Positions 20,226 to 31,556 of a DNA stretch of 64,000 nt are shown here, piece by piece; positions within the stretch are counted from its first letter, which is position 1; every line of letters starts with the position of its first letter. The translations under genes were made by a program, and so were the position numbers. The notes below the pieces were generated by a model, which was not told where the DNA came from, searched no databases, and was given only the letters and a program-made list of their open reading frames with translations. Source of the stretch: Bdellovibrionales bacterium (GTDB taxonomy: Bacteria; Bdellovibrionota; Bdellovibrionia; Bdellovibrionales; CAYMLA01); assembly GCA_965217115.1 (NCBI GenBank), contig OZ244239.1, forward strand, positions 320,001 to 384,000. The letters are read 5' to 3'.

Positions 20226-20783
20226 CTACTCTTCCGAATTTTGTTTTTGCAAATTACGAACATAATTCACTAGTTCCCAACGGAATTCTGCAGGAACAAT
20301 ATTACGATAACTACCCATTAAACCCTGACCTTCGGAGATAACATGATAAATACGGCCGTCAGTGTAATTTCTTACTTTCTTAGAAATTAATTTCGGCATC
20401 GGTAATGGCCATTTCTTAGACACAGTTCCATCTCCCTTCCCTGTATGTCCATGGCAAACAGCACAAGCAATTTCGTAATACTTGCGACCTCTCTTTAATA
20501 TTTGGGGAGTCATTTTACCCCTCAAAGGGTTCTTGTTACGATTAGCCCCCTCGATATTATCCTTGTATTTATAGGGCGTAAATCCTCTAGGAACAGTCCC
20601 CTTAGGTGGCACTCGCATCGCTCGACCGTGGGGATTAGAAGCATCACCCTCTTGAGTTTTAATACTTTCAGTTTCCATCATATCTTGGATCAACTCAACG
20701 TTGGGCCTTTTCTCATCACTGCAACTAACAATAGTCAACAACACCCCGGTTAATAATACGATCGTCAATGCTATCCTATTCAT
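20226..20783 (-). CDS. actE: Alternative complex III subunit E, monoheme cytochrome c lipoprotein
   Basis: Lipobox IVSC, MRVPPKGTVPRG, CAVCH and DG.IYHVI..G.G.M; start placed at ATG 20783 (GAGG RBS). Confidence 0.88.
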   Translation of the reverse strand: MNRIALTIVLLTGVLLTIVSCSDEKRPNVELIQDMMETESIKTQEGDASNPHGRAMRVPPKGTVPRGFTPYKYKDNIEGANRNKNPLRGKMTPQILKRGRKYYEIACAVCHGHTGKGDGTVSKKWPLPMPKLISKKVRNYTDGRIYHVISEGQGLMGSYRNIVPAEFRWELVNYVRNLQKQNSEE

Positions 20784-20826
20784 TAAGAAAAAACCTCTTT
20801 TTACCGTCTCTACTATTTTTATCAAT

Positions 20827-21348
20827 TTAATACTCCGCAATTTTTTTTATTTCTTCAGCGCCCACTTCATTAAAAATCTCACGCACACGATTCTCATCGT
20901 AACCGTAATCCGTCTCTGGAATAAACACAGCAAACTTGTGAGAAGTTAAATCCAAATCAATCACTGGTGGATTTACCTTAGGCAGACCGCAGGCCACTAA
21001 TAAACTACCAATTGTTGCTAAAGCACCAAATAAAATAGTTAACTCGAAAATCACAGGAATAAATGCTGGTAAAGAAAAATAAGGCTTCCCACCTATATTG
21101 ATTGGCCAATCCACAGCCGATGTCCACCAAGTTAACAAGAATCCTGCACACAATCCTGTCAGGCCTCCAAAAAATGTTATCCAAGGAATCCAAGAACGTT
21201 TAATTCCAATAGCCTCTTCCATCCCATGCACAGGATAGGGGGTGATTGCATCGAATTTTCGAAACCCCGCTTTACGCACATAAATCGCCGCCTTGATCGT
21301 TGCGGCTTCATCACTCCATATACCAGCTAACCCACTGACTTTAGCCAT
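20827..21348 (-). CDS. actD: Alternative complex III subunit D (DUF3341)
   Basis: [17 protein letters not shown] and [13 protein letters not shown] motifs; start at ATG 21348 with GGAGG. Confidence 0.9.
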   Translation of the reverse strand: MAKVSGLAGIWSDEAATIKAAIYVRKAGFRKFDAITPYPVHGMEEAIGIKRSWIPWITFFGGLTGLCAGFLLTWWTSAVDWPINIGGKPYFSLPAFIPVIFELTILFGALATIGSLLVACGLPKVNPPVIDLDLTSHKFAVFIPETDYGYDENRVREIFNEVGAEEIKKIAEY

Positions 21349-22717
21349 GATCCTCCTCCTCTTTTCCAACATGTAAACAAGGCTTCACCTCTGCAATAGA
21401 AATTGCTGGGAAGACTCTCAAGTAAAGCAAAAAGATCGTGAAGAACATACCGAAACTACCCAAGAGAATCATGGTATCGTAAATACTCCACTCGTACATT
21501 CCCCAGTTAGAAGGCAAAAAATCTCGATGTAAAGATGTCACCGTAATCACAAAACGTTCGAACCACATACCGATATTGACAAAGATAGAAATAACAAACA
21601 TCACTGGCAAACTACGACGGAAGCGTCTAAACCAAAAAAGCTGGGGAATTATCACGTTACAGCTAACCATAATCCAGTAAGCCCACCAGTAAGGACCAAA
21701 AGCACGGTTTACAAAAGTAAATGATTCATAATCATTCCCCGAATACCAAGCAATAAAAAATTCAGACCCATAGGCGTAACCCACCATCAACCCCGTGGTC
21801 ATAATGATCTTATTCATCACCTCCATATGATCAATCGTCACATAATTCTTAAACTGAGGAAAACCCTCACGCACAAGAACCATCAAAGTGATCACCATCC
21901 CGAAGCCTGAGAAAATTGCCCCTGCCACAAAATAAGGAGGAAAAATAGTTGTGTGCCAACCAGGAAGACCTGCCACCGCAAAATCAAAGGAGACAATCGT
22001 ATGAACTGATAAAACCAACGGCGTGGCTAAAGCCGCCAAAAGCATGTAAAGCATTTCATAATGACTCCAATCACGGGCCGAACCTCTCCAACCCAAAGAC
22101 AACATGCCATAAATCTTTTTTCTTATTTTATGTTTTGCCCGATCACGAATGGTCGCAAAATCAGGAACCATTCCAATATACCAAAATAAAATCGATACTA
22201 TTGCATAAGTCGATACCGCAAACACGTCCCATAACAAAGGCGATCTAAAATTCACCCATAGAGGGCCCCGTTGATTCGGGTACGGTAATAACCAAAAATC
22301 AAGCCACGGACGACCCGTGTGCAACAATGGAAAAAGTCCCGCCGTCATCACTGCAAAAACAGTCATTGCCTCCGCCGTCCTCGCCACTGAAGTTCGCCAT
22401 TTTTGACGAAACAAGAACAGCACCGCAGAAATCAGCGTTCCCGCATGACCAATTCCAATCCAGAAAACAAAGGTCACAATATCAGTTCCCCATCCGACTG
22501 GATGATTCACCCCCATTAACCCCATACCCGTCGACACAATGATTGCAATAGCGACGATATACATAAAAAACACGCTCTTTGCAGCAAAGAACATTGCAAA
22601 CCAGCCCTTGCCTGGCATGGATTCTAGAGGAGAACAAATATCCTCTGTCACATCACTTAAGCTCTTATTGCCAGTTACTAAAATTTTCCTATTCGGTGAA
22701 TAACTATCGACACTCAT
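21341..22717 (-). CDS. actC: Alternative complex III subunit C (NrfD/PsrC family)
   Basis: [36 protein letters not shown] and [12 protein letters not shown] motifs. Confidence 0.95.
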   Translation of the reverse strand: MSVDSYSPNRKILVTGNKSLSDVTEDICSPLESMPGKGWFAMFFAAKSVFFMYIVAIAIIVSTGMGLMGVNHPVGWGTDIVTFVFWIGIGHAGTLISAVLFLFRQKWRTSVARTAEAMTVFAVMTAGLFPLLHTGRPWLDFWLLPYPNQRGPLWVNFRSPLLWDVFAVSTYAIVSILFWYIGMVPDFATIRDRAKHKIRKKIYGMLSLGWRGSARDWSHYEMLYMLLAALATPLVLSVHTIVSFDFAVAGLPGWHTTIFPPYFVAGAIFSGFGMVITLMVLVREGFPQFKNYVTIDHMEVMNKIIMTTGLMVGYAYGSEFFIAWYSGNDYESFTFVNRAFGPYWWAYWIMVSCNVIIPQLFWFRRFRRSLPVMFVISIFVNIGMWFERFVITVTSLHRDFLPSNWGMYEWSIYDTMILLGSFGMFFTIFLLYLRVFPAISIAEVKPCLHVGKEEEDHG

Positions 22718-25700
22718 TAGTGATGACCTCCATCATGTGCCGCAGTTGTCTTTTCATTGTTGCGAACCTTCGTCTGATAACGTATCACCGAACCCGCATT
22801 AAATTCTTCAAGGGCCGTGAATGATCTTGCGTCTTTATAACTCTGACTCACCTTACTCGTAAGATCATTGAAATCACCAAAAACAATGGCATCAGTTGGA
22901 CAGCTCGACTGACAAGCCGTCACCACATCTCCATCCCTTAACTTACGATTCTCATCCTTGGCCTCATTCTTAGCCGATTTAATTCTCTGCACACAGAAAG
23001 AACACTTCTCCATGACACCTCGACTACGAACTGTCACTTCAGGGTTATAAACCATTTGTTCTGGTTTTTCTAAATCCTTGTGCAAGTTAAACCAATTGAA
23101 ACGACGTACTTTATAAGGACAATTGTTGGAACAATAACGAGTTCCCACACAGCGGTTATAGATCATTTCGTTTAACCCTTCATCACTGTGACTGGTCGCA
23201 ATCACTGGACAAACTGTCTCACAAGGGGCGTTGTCACAATGTTGACAGAGCATTGCCTGAAAAACTGAATCTGGATTTTCTGGACTTCCAGAAAAATAAC
23301 GATCAATGCGAATCCAATGCATCTCACGCCCCTGCATCACATATTTTTTGCCCACTGTCGGAACATTGTTTTCCGCCTGACAAGCCACCACGCAAGCCGA
23401 ACAGCCCGTGCACTGATTCAAATCAATGGTCATGGCCCACTTATGTCCCTTGTACTCATGTGTTGGCCAAATACTAAAAGTAGGATGCTTATGAATACCT
23501 GCACGATTATCCTTCAAGTAGTCCTTTAAAGTCACATCCAAGGCAATCGGTCGACCGTGGGTTGTGTGCTGATCTTGGGGACTCACCAAGGAATATATTT
23601 CAGCATCCACCTTTTCAAAAGAAACCTTCAACCCTGAGGCGACAACACCTGAACTGGAAACATTCAAAAGAGAGTACGCATTCACACCCACTCCATCACC
23701 CACTTTCCCCGCAGCCCTTCGACCATAGCCCAAAGCTAGACCGAGAACATCATCATGCACACCAGGGGCTATATGAACAGGAACTCTCAGTTCCCGATCT
23801 CCCACCTTTAGTGTTACAAGTTGACCTTCTTTGAGAACCTTCTCTTCAGCGGTTTTCAATGAAACATTTAAGTAATTATCCCAAACAATCTTCGTCACAG
23901 GGTCAGGCAGCTCTTGCAACCAAGAGACATTCGCCATTGAGCCATCCCCAATAGAATTTTTTGTGTATAAAACCAATTCATAACCATCACTCTTGAGACG
24001 GCCAATACCTTTTAAAGAACCCACCCGAAAAGAGCGGGAATTCTGAGTTTTATTTGCAGAATTTGAAATGGCAAAAAAACCAGCTTGCAAAAGCTTTAAC
24101 CAGCGATCCTCAAAGGAACCTGAAATCCATTTTTTAGTAAAAATACTGTCTTTCCAGTTTCTGCGCAAATAAGTGTACCAGTCTTCAGACTTATTCTGCC
24201 ATTTCAACAGAGAGTCCTGAAAAGATCGAGTGTCATACATGGGGCTGATTGTCGGCTGTTGCACATGGTACAAGCCTCTGTACATTTCAGCATCCCCCCA
24301 ATTCTCCAAAGGATGATGATCAGGGGCTATGTAATTTGCCAACCGACCCGTTTCATCATTGCGATCCCCCGTATAAACAACCAAATCCACTTTCTTGATA
24401 GCTTCATGGAAACCCAAACTCTCAGGCAACGCATAGGCAGGGTTAACACCATGAACGATTAAGGTTTTTACCTGACCCGCTTTCATCGCTTCTACTAATT
24501 TCACAACATCAGCGTACGACCCACGGGGAGTCACCATGGCCTCTTTACCGTGGGAAACAGTCTTCCCATCATTGCGCAAAACATGATTTAAAAAATTCAC
24601 CGCTGTCTGAAGGGATAATGCATTTTCCGTCTGCGCCTCTAACCCCCCTGCTACAATTAAACTCTCGCCACGATGCTGCCAAAGTTTCTGTGCCAGTTGA
24701 CTAAACACTGCTTCCTCAATTCCCAATTCAACAGCCACGTTTGCAAATGGCTTAAGAGCCCTTGTCACCGAAGACTGAAACTTGTAGGAAGAATGTCCTT
24801 GTTTGATAATCAGTTCATGCAAGATTCCCATGACCACATCAACTTGCTGTGACGGCTTAATACGAGTGCGAATATCAGCGTTCATACCCGTTAAACTCAT
24901 ATTAGATTCAAAAACAACAAGCTGACTCATCTGCTTGCCTGGTTTACGAGACTTGGAAAAATCTTTGGTGAAAATCGTTGGCGTCAACCAGGTTCCCAAA
25001 AAATCCGCACTCACTGACACAATCACTTTTGCCCGATCAAAACGATAGCGTGGCAACACCGCTCTACCATAACTTAAACTCTGCCCCGCGATCACATCCT
25101 CATTTGAAACTGGCTCCCAACGATGATGTTTCACACCGTAACGATTTTTAAATTCTTTCACTAATTTTTCCGTGGACGGAGAGTTTATCTCTCCACTCAG
25201 AAGAGCCACGCGCCCTCTCTTCAAGGCCGTCACCACTGATTTGTCCATTCTCTTCCATGAAGTGGACACCGTATCGCGATTGGCTTTCTCTTTATTCAGA
25301 AGATTTCTCTTGGGCCCCTTAATACGTTCAGGATCATAGAGACGTAAAATATGGGCAATTGCACGGGGGCTCATCCCACCACGATTTGCAGGGTGATCGT
25401 GATTCCCCTCCACTAAAATAGGACGACCTTCACGGGTTTTCACCAACAAGCCATGGGACTCCAAACCATCTGTCCAATTCGAAGCGTACCAATTAGGCAT
25501 ACCCAAAATCAGCTCTTCAGGACGGTTCACATAAGGCACAATTTTCTGCACAGGTCGGCGTAAACAGCTAACAGATCCCAGAGCCAAACTAGCTCCCATC
25601 AGAGTTAAGAACTCACGGCGCGCCCAGCCTCCATCTTTATCTCCTTGGGATTTTTCATCCTCTTTAAATGGAGAAGATTGGAATTCCTCTTCGGCTAATT

Positions 25701-25779
25701 TTTGGAATTGAGAGTCACCAGCCCACTGTTCAAGGCTTAGCCAATACTTTGGAGATTCATTCATTGCTTTTTTATCCAT
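22717..25779 (-). CDS. actB: Alternative complex III subunit B (molybdopterin-oxidoreductase-like plus Fe-S domain)
   Basis: YWLSL, Tat-type RREFL signal, and C-terminal Fe-S motifs [37 protein letters not shown] and MEKCSFC. Confidence 0.95.
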   Translation of the reverse strand: MDKKAMNESPKYWLSLEQWAGDSQFQKLAEEEFQSSPFKEDEKSQGDKDGGWARREFLTLMGASLALGSVSCLRRPVQKIVPYVNRPEELILGMPNWYASNWTDGLESHGLLVKTREGRPILVEGNHDHPANRGGMSPRAIAHILRLYDPERIKGPKRNLLNKEKANRDTVSTSWKRMDKSVVTALKRGRVALLSGEINSPSTEKLVKEFKNRYGVKHHRWEPVSNEDVIAGQSLSYGRAVLPRYRFDRAKVIVSVSADFLGTWLTPTIFTKDFSKSRKPGKQMSQLVVFESNMSLTGMNADIRTRIKPSQQVDVVMGILHELIIKQGHSSYKFQSSVTRALKPFANVAVELGIEEAVFSQLAQKLWQHRGESLIVAGGLEAQTENALSLQTAVNFLNHVLRNDGKTVSHGKEAMVTPRGSYADVVKLVEAMKAGQVKTLIVHGVNPAYALPESLGFHEAIKKVDLVVYTGDRNDETGRLANYIAPDHHPLENWGDAEMYRGLYHVQQPTISPMYDTRSFQDSLLKWQNKSEDWYTYLRRNWKDSIFTKKWISGSFEDRWLKLLQAGFFAISNSANKTQNSRSFRVGSLKGIGRLKSDGYELVLYTKNSIGDGSMANVSWLQELPDPVTKIVWDNYLNVSLKTAEEKVLKEGQLVTLKVGDRELRVPVHIAPGVHDDVLGLALGYGRRAAGKVGDGVGVNAYSLLNVSSSGVVASGLKVSFEKVDAEIYSLVSPQDQHTTHGRPIALDVTLKDYLKDNRAGIHKHPTFSIWPTHEYKGHKWAMTIDLNQCTGCSACVVACQAENNVPTVGKKYVMQGREMHWIRIDRYFSGSPENPDSVFQAMLCQHCDNAPCETVCPVIATSHSDEGLNEMIYNRCVGTRYCSNNCPYKVRRFNWFNLHKDLEKPEQMVYNPEVTVRSRGVMEKCSFCVQRIKSAKNEAKDENRKLRDGDVVTACQSSCPTDAIVFGDFNDLTSKVSQSYKDARSFTALEEFNAGSVIRYQTKVRNNEKTTAAHDGGHH

Positions 25780-25806
25780 TAACCATAACTCCAGTTTTTT
25801 CTTAAT

Positions 25807-26340
25807 CTAATGATGACAAGCCGTGCAATCTAAAGATGCTTTATTCTCTGGCTTGCGATGACAATTTACACACCAGCCCATTGATAAATCAGAATGTTGT
25901 TTTAACACTTTCATTTTTTCCACTTCTCCATGACAGGTGGTACAAGAAACTCCTCGCTTCACATGCCGTCTATGATTGAAATGAACAAAATCGGGAAGCA
26001 TATGCACCCTCACCCACTCAATAGAGCCCCCATCATGATAAGCCGTCTGTAATTTCTCAATGTGTGGGCTATCAGTTTTGATCATTATGTGACAATTCAT
26101 ACAAATATTTAAACTCGGCACCGCTGCCTGTTTAGAACGTTCTGTTTGTGTGTGACAATACTGACAGGGAATTTTATAGGTCCCCGCGTGCAGTGAATGA
26201 TCGTAGGGAATGGGTTGTTTCGGAGCATATCCCCTATTATAACCAATCTCTGGACGCTCACAGCCCGTTAAAGAAAGTCCTAAAATAAAAAACAATCGTA
26301 CAAGCAAAGTATTCTCCCCTAATCTGCTCATCCTTAACAT
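25807..26340 (-). CDS. actA: Alternative complex III subunit A, pentaheme cytochrome c
   Basis: P.QPIPY.H..HAG and five CxxCH motifs (CQYCH, CMNCH, CTTCH, CVNCH, CTACH). Confidence 0.93.
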   Translation of the reverse strand: MLRMSRLGENTLLVRLFFILGLSLTGCERPEIGYNRGYAPKQPIPYDHSLHAGTYKIPCQYCHTQTERSKQAAVPSLNICMNCHIMIKTDSPHIEKLQTAYHDGGSIEWVRVHMLPDFVHFNHRRHVKRGVSCTTCHGEVEKMKVLKQHSDLSMGWCVNCHRKPENKASLDCTACHH

Positions 26341-26741
26341 GTTCTGTCCTCTCCTTAAAATTGCCTGGGATAAAACTCCCTTAGTCAGTGCGCTAAAAGA
26401 ACCGCTCTCTAGCAGGGTCTTCTTCGCTCTCTTTAGTCAGGCAGTAGATATTATTTCTTCAAAAAATAAAATCAGCTCAATTAATAAGTCTCTGCAATCA
26501 CTTAGACAACTAAAGAATTCATCTAATTTTCAAATAATCTCAATACCCCATATAATGACTAGATTCATTTTATCTAAACCCAATATCCAGCAAAAGAATT
26601 GGAAGTTCTGATTGAGAAATACACGGCGGAAAAAAGATAAAACTCCTTCCTATAAAGGTTTTCAATAACACTCCTTCAGAGTTTCACTGCCAGAGAATTG
26701 CCACGTGACATTTATGTTCCATAATTTAAACAGATTTAAAA

Positions 26742-28466
26742 TCACAAGGTCAATTTCGAGCGCTCTTTGCGCACCGTGTAAACACCTGAGACATAGACAA
26801 TATGCAAAGCTATAAAACCAGACACGTACTCAAGTCCTCCTCCACCAAAACCGTAGGAATGAAGTCCCGCTCCTAAAATATAATTAACTCCATACCAGGC
26901 CATAATAACCAGAGAAAATGACAGCACTCCCCCTACGATCATACCAAAATTACGCAACCAACCAGACATACGACCATGCAGCATGGCCAAGTATCCTAAC
27001 AAGGCAATCAAGGCCCAGGTCTCTTTAGGGTCCCACCCCCAAAAACGCCCCCAAGAGTAATCCGCCCAGACACCACCTAAAATAGTTCCCGCTGCTAAAA
27101 GCACCACTCCAATCTGAATGCAACGATAAATAGAATCCACCACAGCACGCACACGGGGTGAATGATCTCCGTCTCCACGCAGATAATAAAAAAGTCCCAC
27201 ATCTGCTAAACCAAACGCCAAGAAAAAGGCCGCATAACTAATCGTGATCGTCAAAACGTGGATCATCAGCCAAAGGTTACTCCGTAGAACAGGCTCCAAA
27301 GGCTGCAAGCTGGAATCCAAAATTACTGGCGCCATCCCCGCCACTATAAGAGCAAAGAACCCCACGACCGATCCTGCCAGAAACACCATCTTCTTGCGAT
27401 AAATAACTCCTAAAACCATGGCAAAAAGCACCACACCAAAAGACACCCACACCACTGTCTCATACATATTCGACACAGGGGGACGCCCCGTCAAATACAC
27501 ACGCAAAGCAAATCCATAGATGTGAATAAGAAAACCTGTCACCATTGACCCTGCCCCCAAAACAGTCGCCCATGAACGATGGCCACCCAAAGCAAAACCC
27601 CAAAAAATAGATGCCACTAAATAAAAAATCCACGCCCATAAAAAAGGTTGGAGATCATTGTAATGAACCTCCAAGGAAATTTCTTTTTGACTAGGGTAGG
27701 CCTCTGGATTTCTCTGACGAGCTAAATCTATAAAAGTTGACACCTCCTTTTCTAAATTTATTTCAGCCACGGCTTTTTTCTCTTCTGCCCCCTCTTTTTG
27801 AGAAGCTGAAATCACTCCTAGGAATGCTCTTGTTAAGGATCTAAATTTTTCCTGAAACTCTGTCTCTAACTGAACTAAAGACCCCCATGCAGTCTCCTCG
27901 CCCTTCCATGACGTTTTCTTTTGATTCTTCATATTCCTTTTATCAGGTGGTAAAACCCGAAGCCCATTCCCAGAGGCAATGTATCTAAAGGTTCTGAACT
28001 GATCCTCTAAACGACTCACTGCTTGATAATAAGCATCTAGCTTTACCTTTTGCTGACGCTGATTATTCAACTCTTGAAATAGTAAAACCATTCGAGGATT
28101 TTCAAAAACCTCTACGGGTGAAAAATATTTCTGCTCTCTCTCAAGTTTTAAACTTTTTTTAATATCCCTACGATTGATCTCTACCATTTTCTTTTCTAAC
28201 CACATTTTGGGCGTTAACATCCAAGTAAACACCACTTCCGAAGCGGATCGACCGTGATAAGATTGCTTGCCATAAATAAGTTGCAACGACTCTCGCGCAA
28301 AAGTGTCATAGGGTTTCACCCGCCCCGCCGCCTGCACTGGTAAATATTTTAATGACTCAGTTCCACTCGAAGAACCCAAAAAAGGCTTTGCAAAAGCGCC
28401 TTCACTCAACCCAACAACTGCAATGATAGCTAAACTCATCAATTCACTGTAACGCTTGCACTTCAT
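26742..28466 (-). CDS. ccsA: Cytochrome c biogenesis system II, CcsA/ResC-type
   Basis: WWD domain GGVWADYSWGRFWGWDPKETW, GRPPVSNMYE and GLHSY; start at ATG 28466, overlapping the upstream stop (ATGA). Confidence 0.92.
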   Translation of the reverse strand: MKCKRYSELMSLAIIAVVGLSEGAFAKPFLGSSSGTESLKYLPVQAAGRVKPYDTFARESLQLIYGKQSYHGRSASEVVFTWMLTPKMWLEKKMVEINRRDIKKSLKLEREQKYFSPVEVFENPRMVLLFQELNNQRQQKVKLDAYYQAVSRLEDQFRTFRYIASGNGLRVLPPDKRNMKNQKKTSWKGEETAWGSLVQLETEFQEKFRSLTRAFLGVISASQKEGAEEKKAVAEINLEKEVSTFIDLARQRNPEAYPSQKEISLEVHYNDLQPFLWAWIFYLVASIFWGFALGGHRSWATVLGAGSMVTGFLIHIYGFALRVYLTGRPPVSNMYETVVWVSFGVVLFAMVLGVIYRKKMVFLAGSVVGFFALIVAGMAPVILDSSLQPLEPVLRSNLWLMIHVLTITISYAAFFLAFGLADVGLFYYLRGDGDHSPRVRAVVDSIYRCIQIGVVLLAAGTILGGVWADYSWGRFWGWDPKETWALIALLGYLAMLHGRMSGWLRNFGMIVGGVLSFSLVIMAWYGVNYILGAGLHSYGFGGGGLEYVSGFIALHIVYVSGVYTVRKERSKLTL

Positions 28467-29968
28467 ACCGAATGTCTCCTCTTCCAATTTTGCACAATGA
28501 TTTTTTTAAAATAAAACATCAAAATAATTCCCAAAACGATAAGTAAACTCCCTAAATACTTTAAAAAACGACCTGGGTCATAGTTCACTGACAAAATAGA
28601 CGCCACAGGCTGGCCTTGTTCATCGCTCTCAAAACTAGCTTGATAAAAAGTAAACCCTCCATGCTTTAAAGGCTCATTCATAGAGATCAAGGTCTCCCCT
28701 AACTCGCCATCAATCGTTATCAAGCTTTGATAACTGGCTGCTCGCATTGTTCCTTGGTAACGCCCTACTTCGAACTCTTTAAGATTTATCTGAAAATCAA
28801 TTTGTAGTCGACGATTCTGATAAAAAAATATGTACGCTGTCTCATTATCAAAGACTCGTAAAATCGAATTCATCGCTAACCAATGCTCTTTTCCCTTAAA
28901 CTGAATTTTAACAGCAGGTGAAGTTAGTTCACTCAACTGACCCATAGCGCGAACATTTACTCCCTCTTTAGCATTGGGAAAATACTTGAACAGACGAAGC
29001 TTCAACCCCATCCAGCCTGTCTCTATGGAGTCCCCAGGAGCTATAACTCCCTTTTTGACTCCGGTCCTAAGATTTTTAGAGTAGATTCCATAGCACAATC
29101 TCTTATCAGTTGCTGAATTGTTAACTGTTGAGTTATCAAGTAAGCGGTTAAATGAATAAAGCACAATCTCATTGCGCCCTTTAGGAACATAACCAGAAAT
29201 GCGTTTCTGATTGACTCTCCTACACACGCTGCGCCAATCAGCATAAGATGGCCCCTGAGGAAGACGAACCAAAGTCACCGATGCAGGGCCTAAATTTAAA
29301 GATTCTTTTTTTCCACCCTTGCTAAAAATCCATTTAGTGAGATTTACATGTTGATTGGACAATTGAAAACGAATCGCAGCTCCCTCTCCCCGGACTTCTT
29401 CTCCTTCTGTTTTCTTCTCCACAGAGGTGATTTTTGTCTCCATAAGCGCATAGGGAATGTAATCCACAACCTTAATGTCTTCTCTCGGCAAAGGGACAAC
29501 AAAAGGCGACGCTTCACTAGGGGATTGCTTTAAAAAGTGCACCTCTTTTTCAAAGACCTTAGTAAAGCTATCTCCATCCATCGAGGCGTAGACCACTACA
29601 TCAGTCTCTGGCACAGTGATATGGCTGCTTTTACCTCCAACAGAAAAACGCATAGAACCATCCACACCATAAAAATACGTGATTGCTGACCCTATTAATA
29701 ACAAAATGATTCCCACATGGGCCAAAATAAATCCCGCATGATGGGAACGCCACGGCCAACGATCTACCATCACTGCGAGTAAATTGATTGCCAGAAAAAT
29801 CAATGTCCCCCACGTATACCAAGCGTGAAAAACCAAAACCTGAGCCATACGTGCATCATTAAACCGAGATTCAACAATCGTTCCCGCTGCAAAAATAACA
29901 ATCAAGATCACAATAATAATAACTGCTAAATTCAGTGACGCTAGAATTCTAAGTATTTTTTTGAACAC
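28463..29968 (-). CDS. Cytochrome c biogenesis system II, ResB/CcsB-type
   Basis: N-terminal TM helices (GTIVES, HVGIILLLIG), ISMNEPL.HGG.TFYQAS and DPG motifs. Confidence 0.88.
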   Translation of the reverse strand: MFKKILRILASLNLAVIIIVILIVIFAAGTIVESRFNDARMAQVLVFHAWYTWGTLIFLAINLLAVMVDRWPWRSHHAGFILAHVGIILLLIGSAITYFYGVDGSMRFSVGGKSSHITVPETDVVVYASMDGDSFTKVFEKEVHFLKQSPSEASPFVVPLPREDIKVVDYIPYALMETKITSVEKKTEGEEVRGEGAAIRFQLSNQHVNLTKWIFSKGGKKESLNLGPASVTLVRLPQGPSYADWRSVCRRVNQKRISGYVPKGRNEIVLYSFNRLLDNSTVNNSATDKRLCYGIYSKNLRTGVKKGVIAPGDSIETGWMGLKLRLFKYFPNAKEGVNVRAMGQLSELTSPAVKIQFKGKEHWLAMNSILRVFDNETAYIFFYQNRRLQIDFQINLKEFEVGRYQGTMRAASYQSLITIDGELGETLISMNEPLKHGGFTFYQASFESDEQGQPVASILSVNYDPGRFLKYLGSLLIVLGIILMFYFKKIIVQNWKRRHSV

Positions 29969-30024
29969 AGCTGAACCACTCCATTTGATTTTTTTGAATC
30001 AATAGCACATTTCTTAAAATAGAC

Positions 30025-30816
30025 TCACTCAATACCTTCATAAATAAAACTTAAAGCCTCTTTGACCATCAACTGAACCCTCTTACACTCCTGTTCTTTT
30101 ATTTTCTTTGTCTCCTCATTCATATAGAGACGGCGATTCATCTCCACTTGAATAGAGTGACGTCCCCTCTGAGGGTCACCGTAACGCTCCGTCACCCGCC
30201 CGCCGATATAAGGCCAATTATAGGCCACTTGAAAACCTGCTCTCTCATAGGAGCTAATGACTAAATCTTTGAACCTCTGACTACAACTCACTCCATTGAC
30301 ATCGCTCACCACTATCTCTGCCCGCTCTTGACCGGGATCACGATGGAAAGATGTCCCTAGCGAAGGCATACTATGGGCGTCCAAGTGATATACCTCTTTA
30401 AGACCCTTCTCTTCAAAATTTAAAAATCTCTCTTCAACAGCTCCATGAAAAGGCAAGTAATAAGCAGTATAAATTTTCTCGTGAAGCTCTTGGGACATTG
30501 GCTTTGATAATAAAATGTCATTTTTAGTGGTTACCGACCAGTGAAGCCCCTTAGAATGGGTCCCGCTTGCGTTCGAACTTCCTTGAACAGAATCCACATC
30601 AATGTCTTCTTTAAAACGGTTTAAATCCACAACATAACGATGCCAACGGGCTTTAATAAAAGGCACTTTAATTTTATCGACAGCCAATTGATAGATCACA
30701 TCTACATAGCGATCCACATCACACATCAAAACTTCTTCTGGTAAACCCTGAAGCCAAGAAGTCTCAGAAACTATCTCCTCTCCTGAGTGTGGGCTAGTCA
30801 CAAAAAATGCTGTCAT
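30025..30816 (-). CDS. N-formylglutamate amidohydrolase family protein
   Basis: SPHSG, RYVVDLNR, YYLPFH, DAHSM, NWPYIGG and QVEMNR.LYM motifs. Confidence 0.92.
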   Translation of the reverse strand: MTAFFVTSPHSGEEIVSETSWLQGLPEEVLMCDVDRYVDVIYQLAVDKIKVPFIKARWHRYVVDLNRFKEDIDVDSVQGSSNASGTHSKGLHWSVTTKNDILLSKPMSQELHEKIYTAYYLPFHGAVEERFLNFEEKGLKEVYHLDAHSMPSLGTSFHRDPGQERAEIVVSDVNGVSCSQRFKDLVISSYERAGFQVAYNWPYIGGRVTERYGDPQRGRHSIQVEMNRRLYMNEETKKIKEQECKRVQLMVKEALSFIYEGIE

Positions 30817-30980
30817 ATAAAAACACCACGAGTATAAATAACATCACCATTACAAACCATTTTCCATCAAAAACAATCATTGACTCAAAGCCAACAAACT
30901 TGAAAAATCAAATAGAATTAATGCTCCAAATTTATTAACGGCAGAATATACTGTAAATAGACGGGAAAGAGAACTTTATT

Positions 30981-31556
30981 ATGGCAAAAATCTACACAAA
31001 AACAGGCGATAAGGGCCAAACAGGCTTAGTTAGTGGACAGTGTGTCAGTAAAGACCATCCCCGCGTAGATGCTTATGGACAAATTGATGAACTCAACAGC
31101 CGCATTGGCATGGCACGAATTCACACAAATGACGATGAAACTCTCAACTCTTTATCTCAATATCTCGAACGTATTCAGAATGAACTTTTTAATCTCGGCA
31201 GTTTGTTAGCATGTGATGACGATTCTCTACGACTGAATCTTCCTGCTATTAATGAAGAGCATGTACAGTTCCTCGAATCAATCATTGATCAATTCGATCA
31301 AGAGCTACCAGAACTTAAAACGTTCATCATCCCCGGGGGGTCAGCACTTGCCAGCCAATTGCACCTCTGCCGCACTGCTTGCCGCAAAGCTGAGCGCAGC
31401 TGTGTTACTCTTAAAAAACAGAGCTCTGTTCCCGAAGTCTACTTGCAATACTTAAATCGCCTCAGTGATTTTTTCTTCGTCTCTGCTCGTATGGCTAATT
31501 GGTGGCTGGGCATCAAAGATTTTCCCTGGCGCTTTGGGCAAGGGAACCGCCTTTAG
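30981..31556 (+). CDS. PduO-type ATP:cob(I)alamin adenosyltransferase
   Basis: KIYTKTGDKG.T, AYGQIDELNS, FIIPGG, CRKAER and YLNRLSD motifs. Confidence 0.95.
   Translation: MAKIYTKTGDKGQTGLVSGQCVSKDHPRVDAYGQIDELNSRIGMARIHTNDDETLNSLSQYLERIQNELFNLGSLLACDDDSLRLNLPAINEEHVQFLESIIDQFDQELPELKTFIIPGGSALASQLHLCRTACRKAERSCVTLKKQSSVPEVYLQYLNRLSDFFFVSARMANWWLGIKDFPWRFGQGNRL

Noticed and set aside
26688..26703. Possible sigma-54 motif upstream of actA (TGGCAA-TTCTC-TGGCA, minus strand)
   Set aside because: The -12 element deviates from TTGC and it lies ~350 nt from the start codon; too weak to call.
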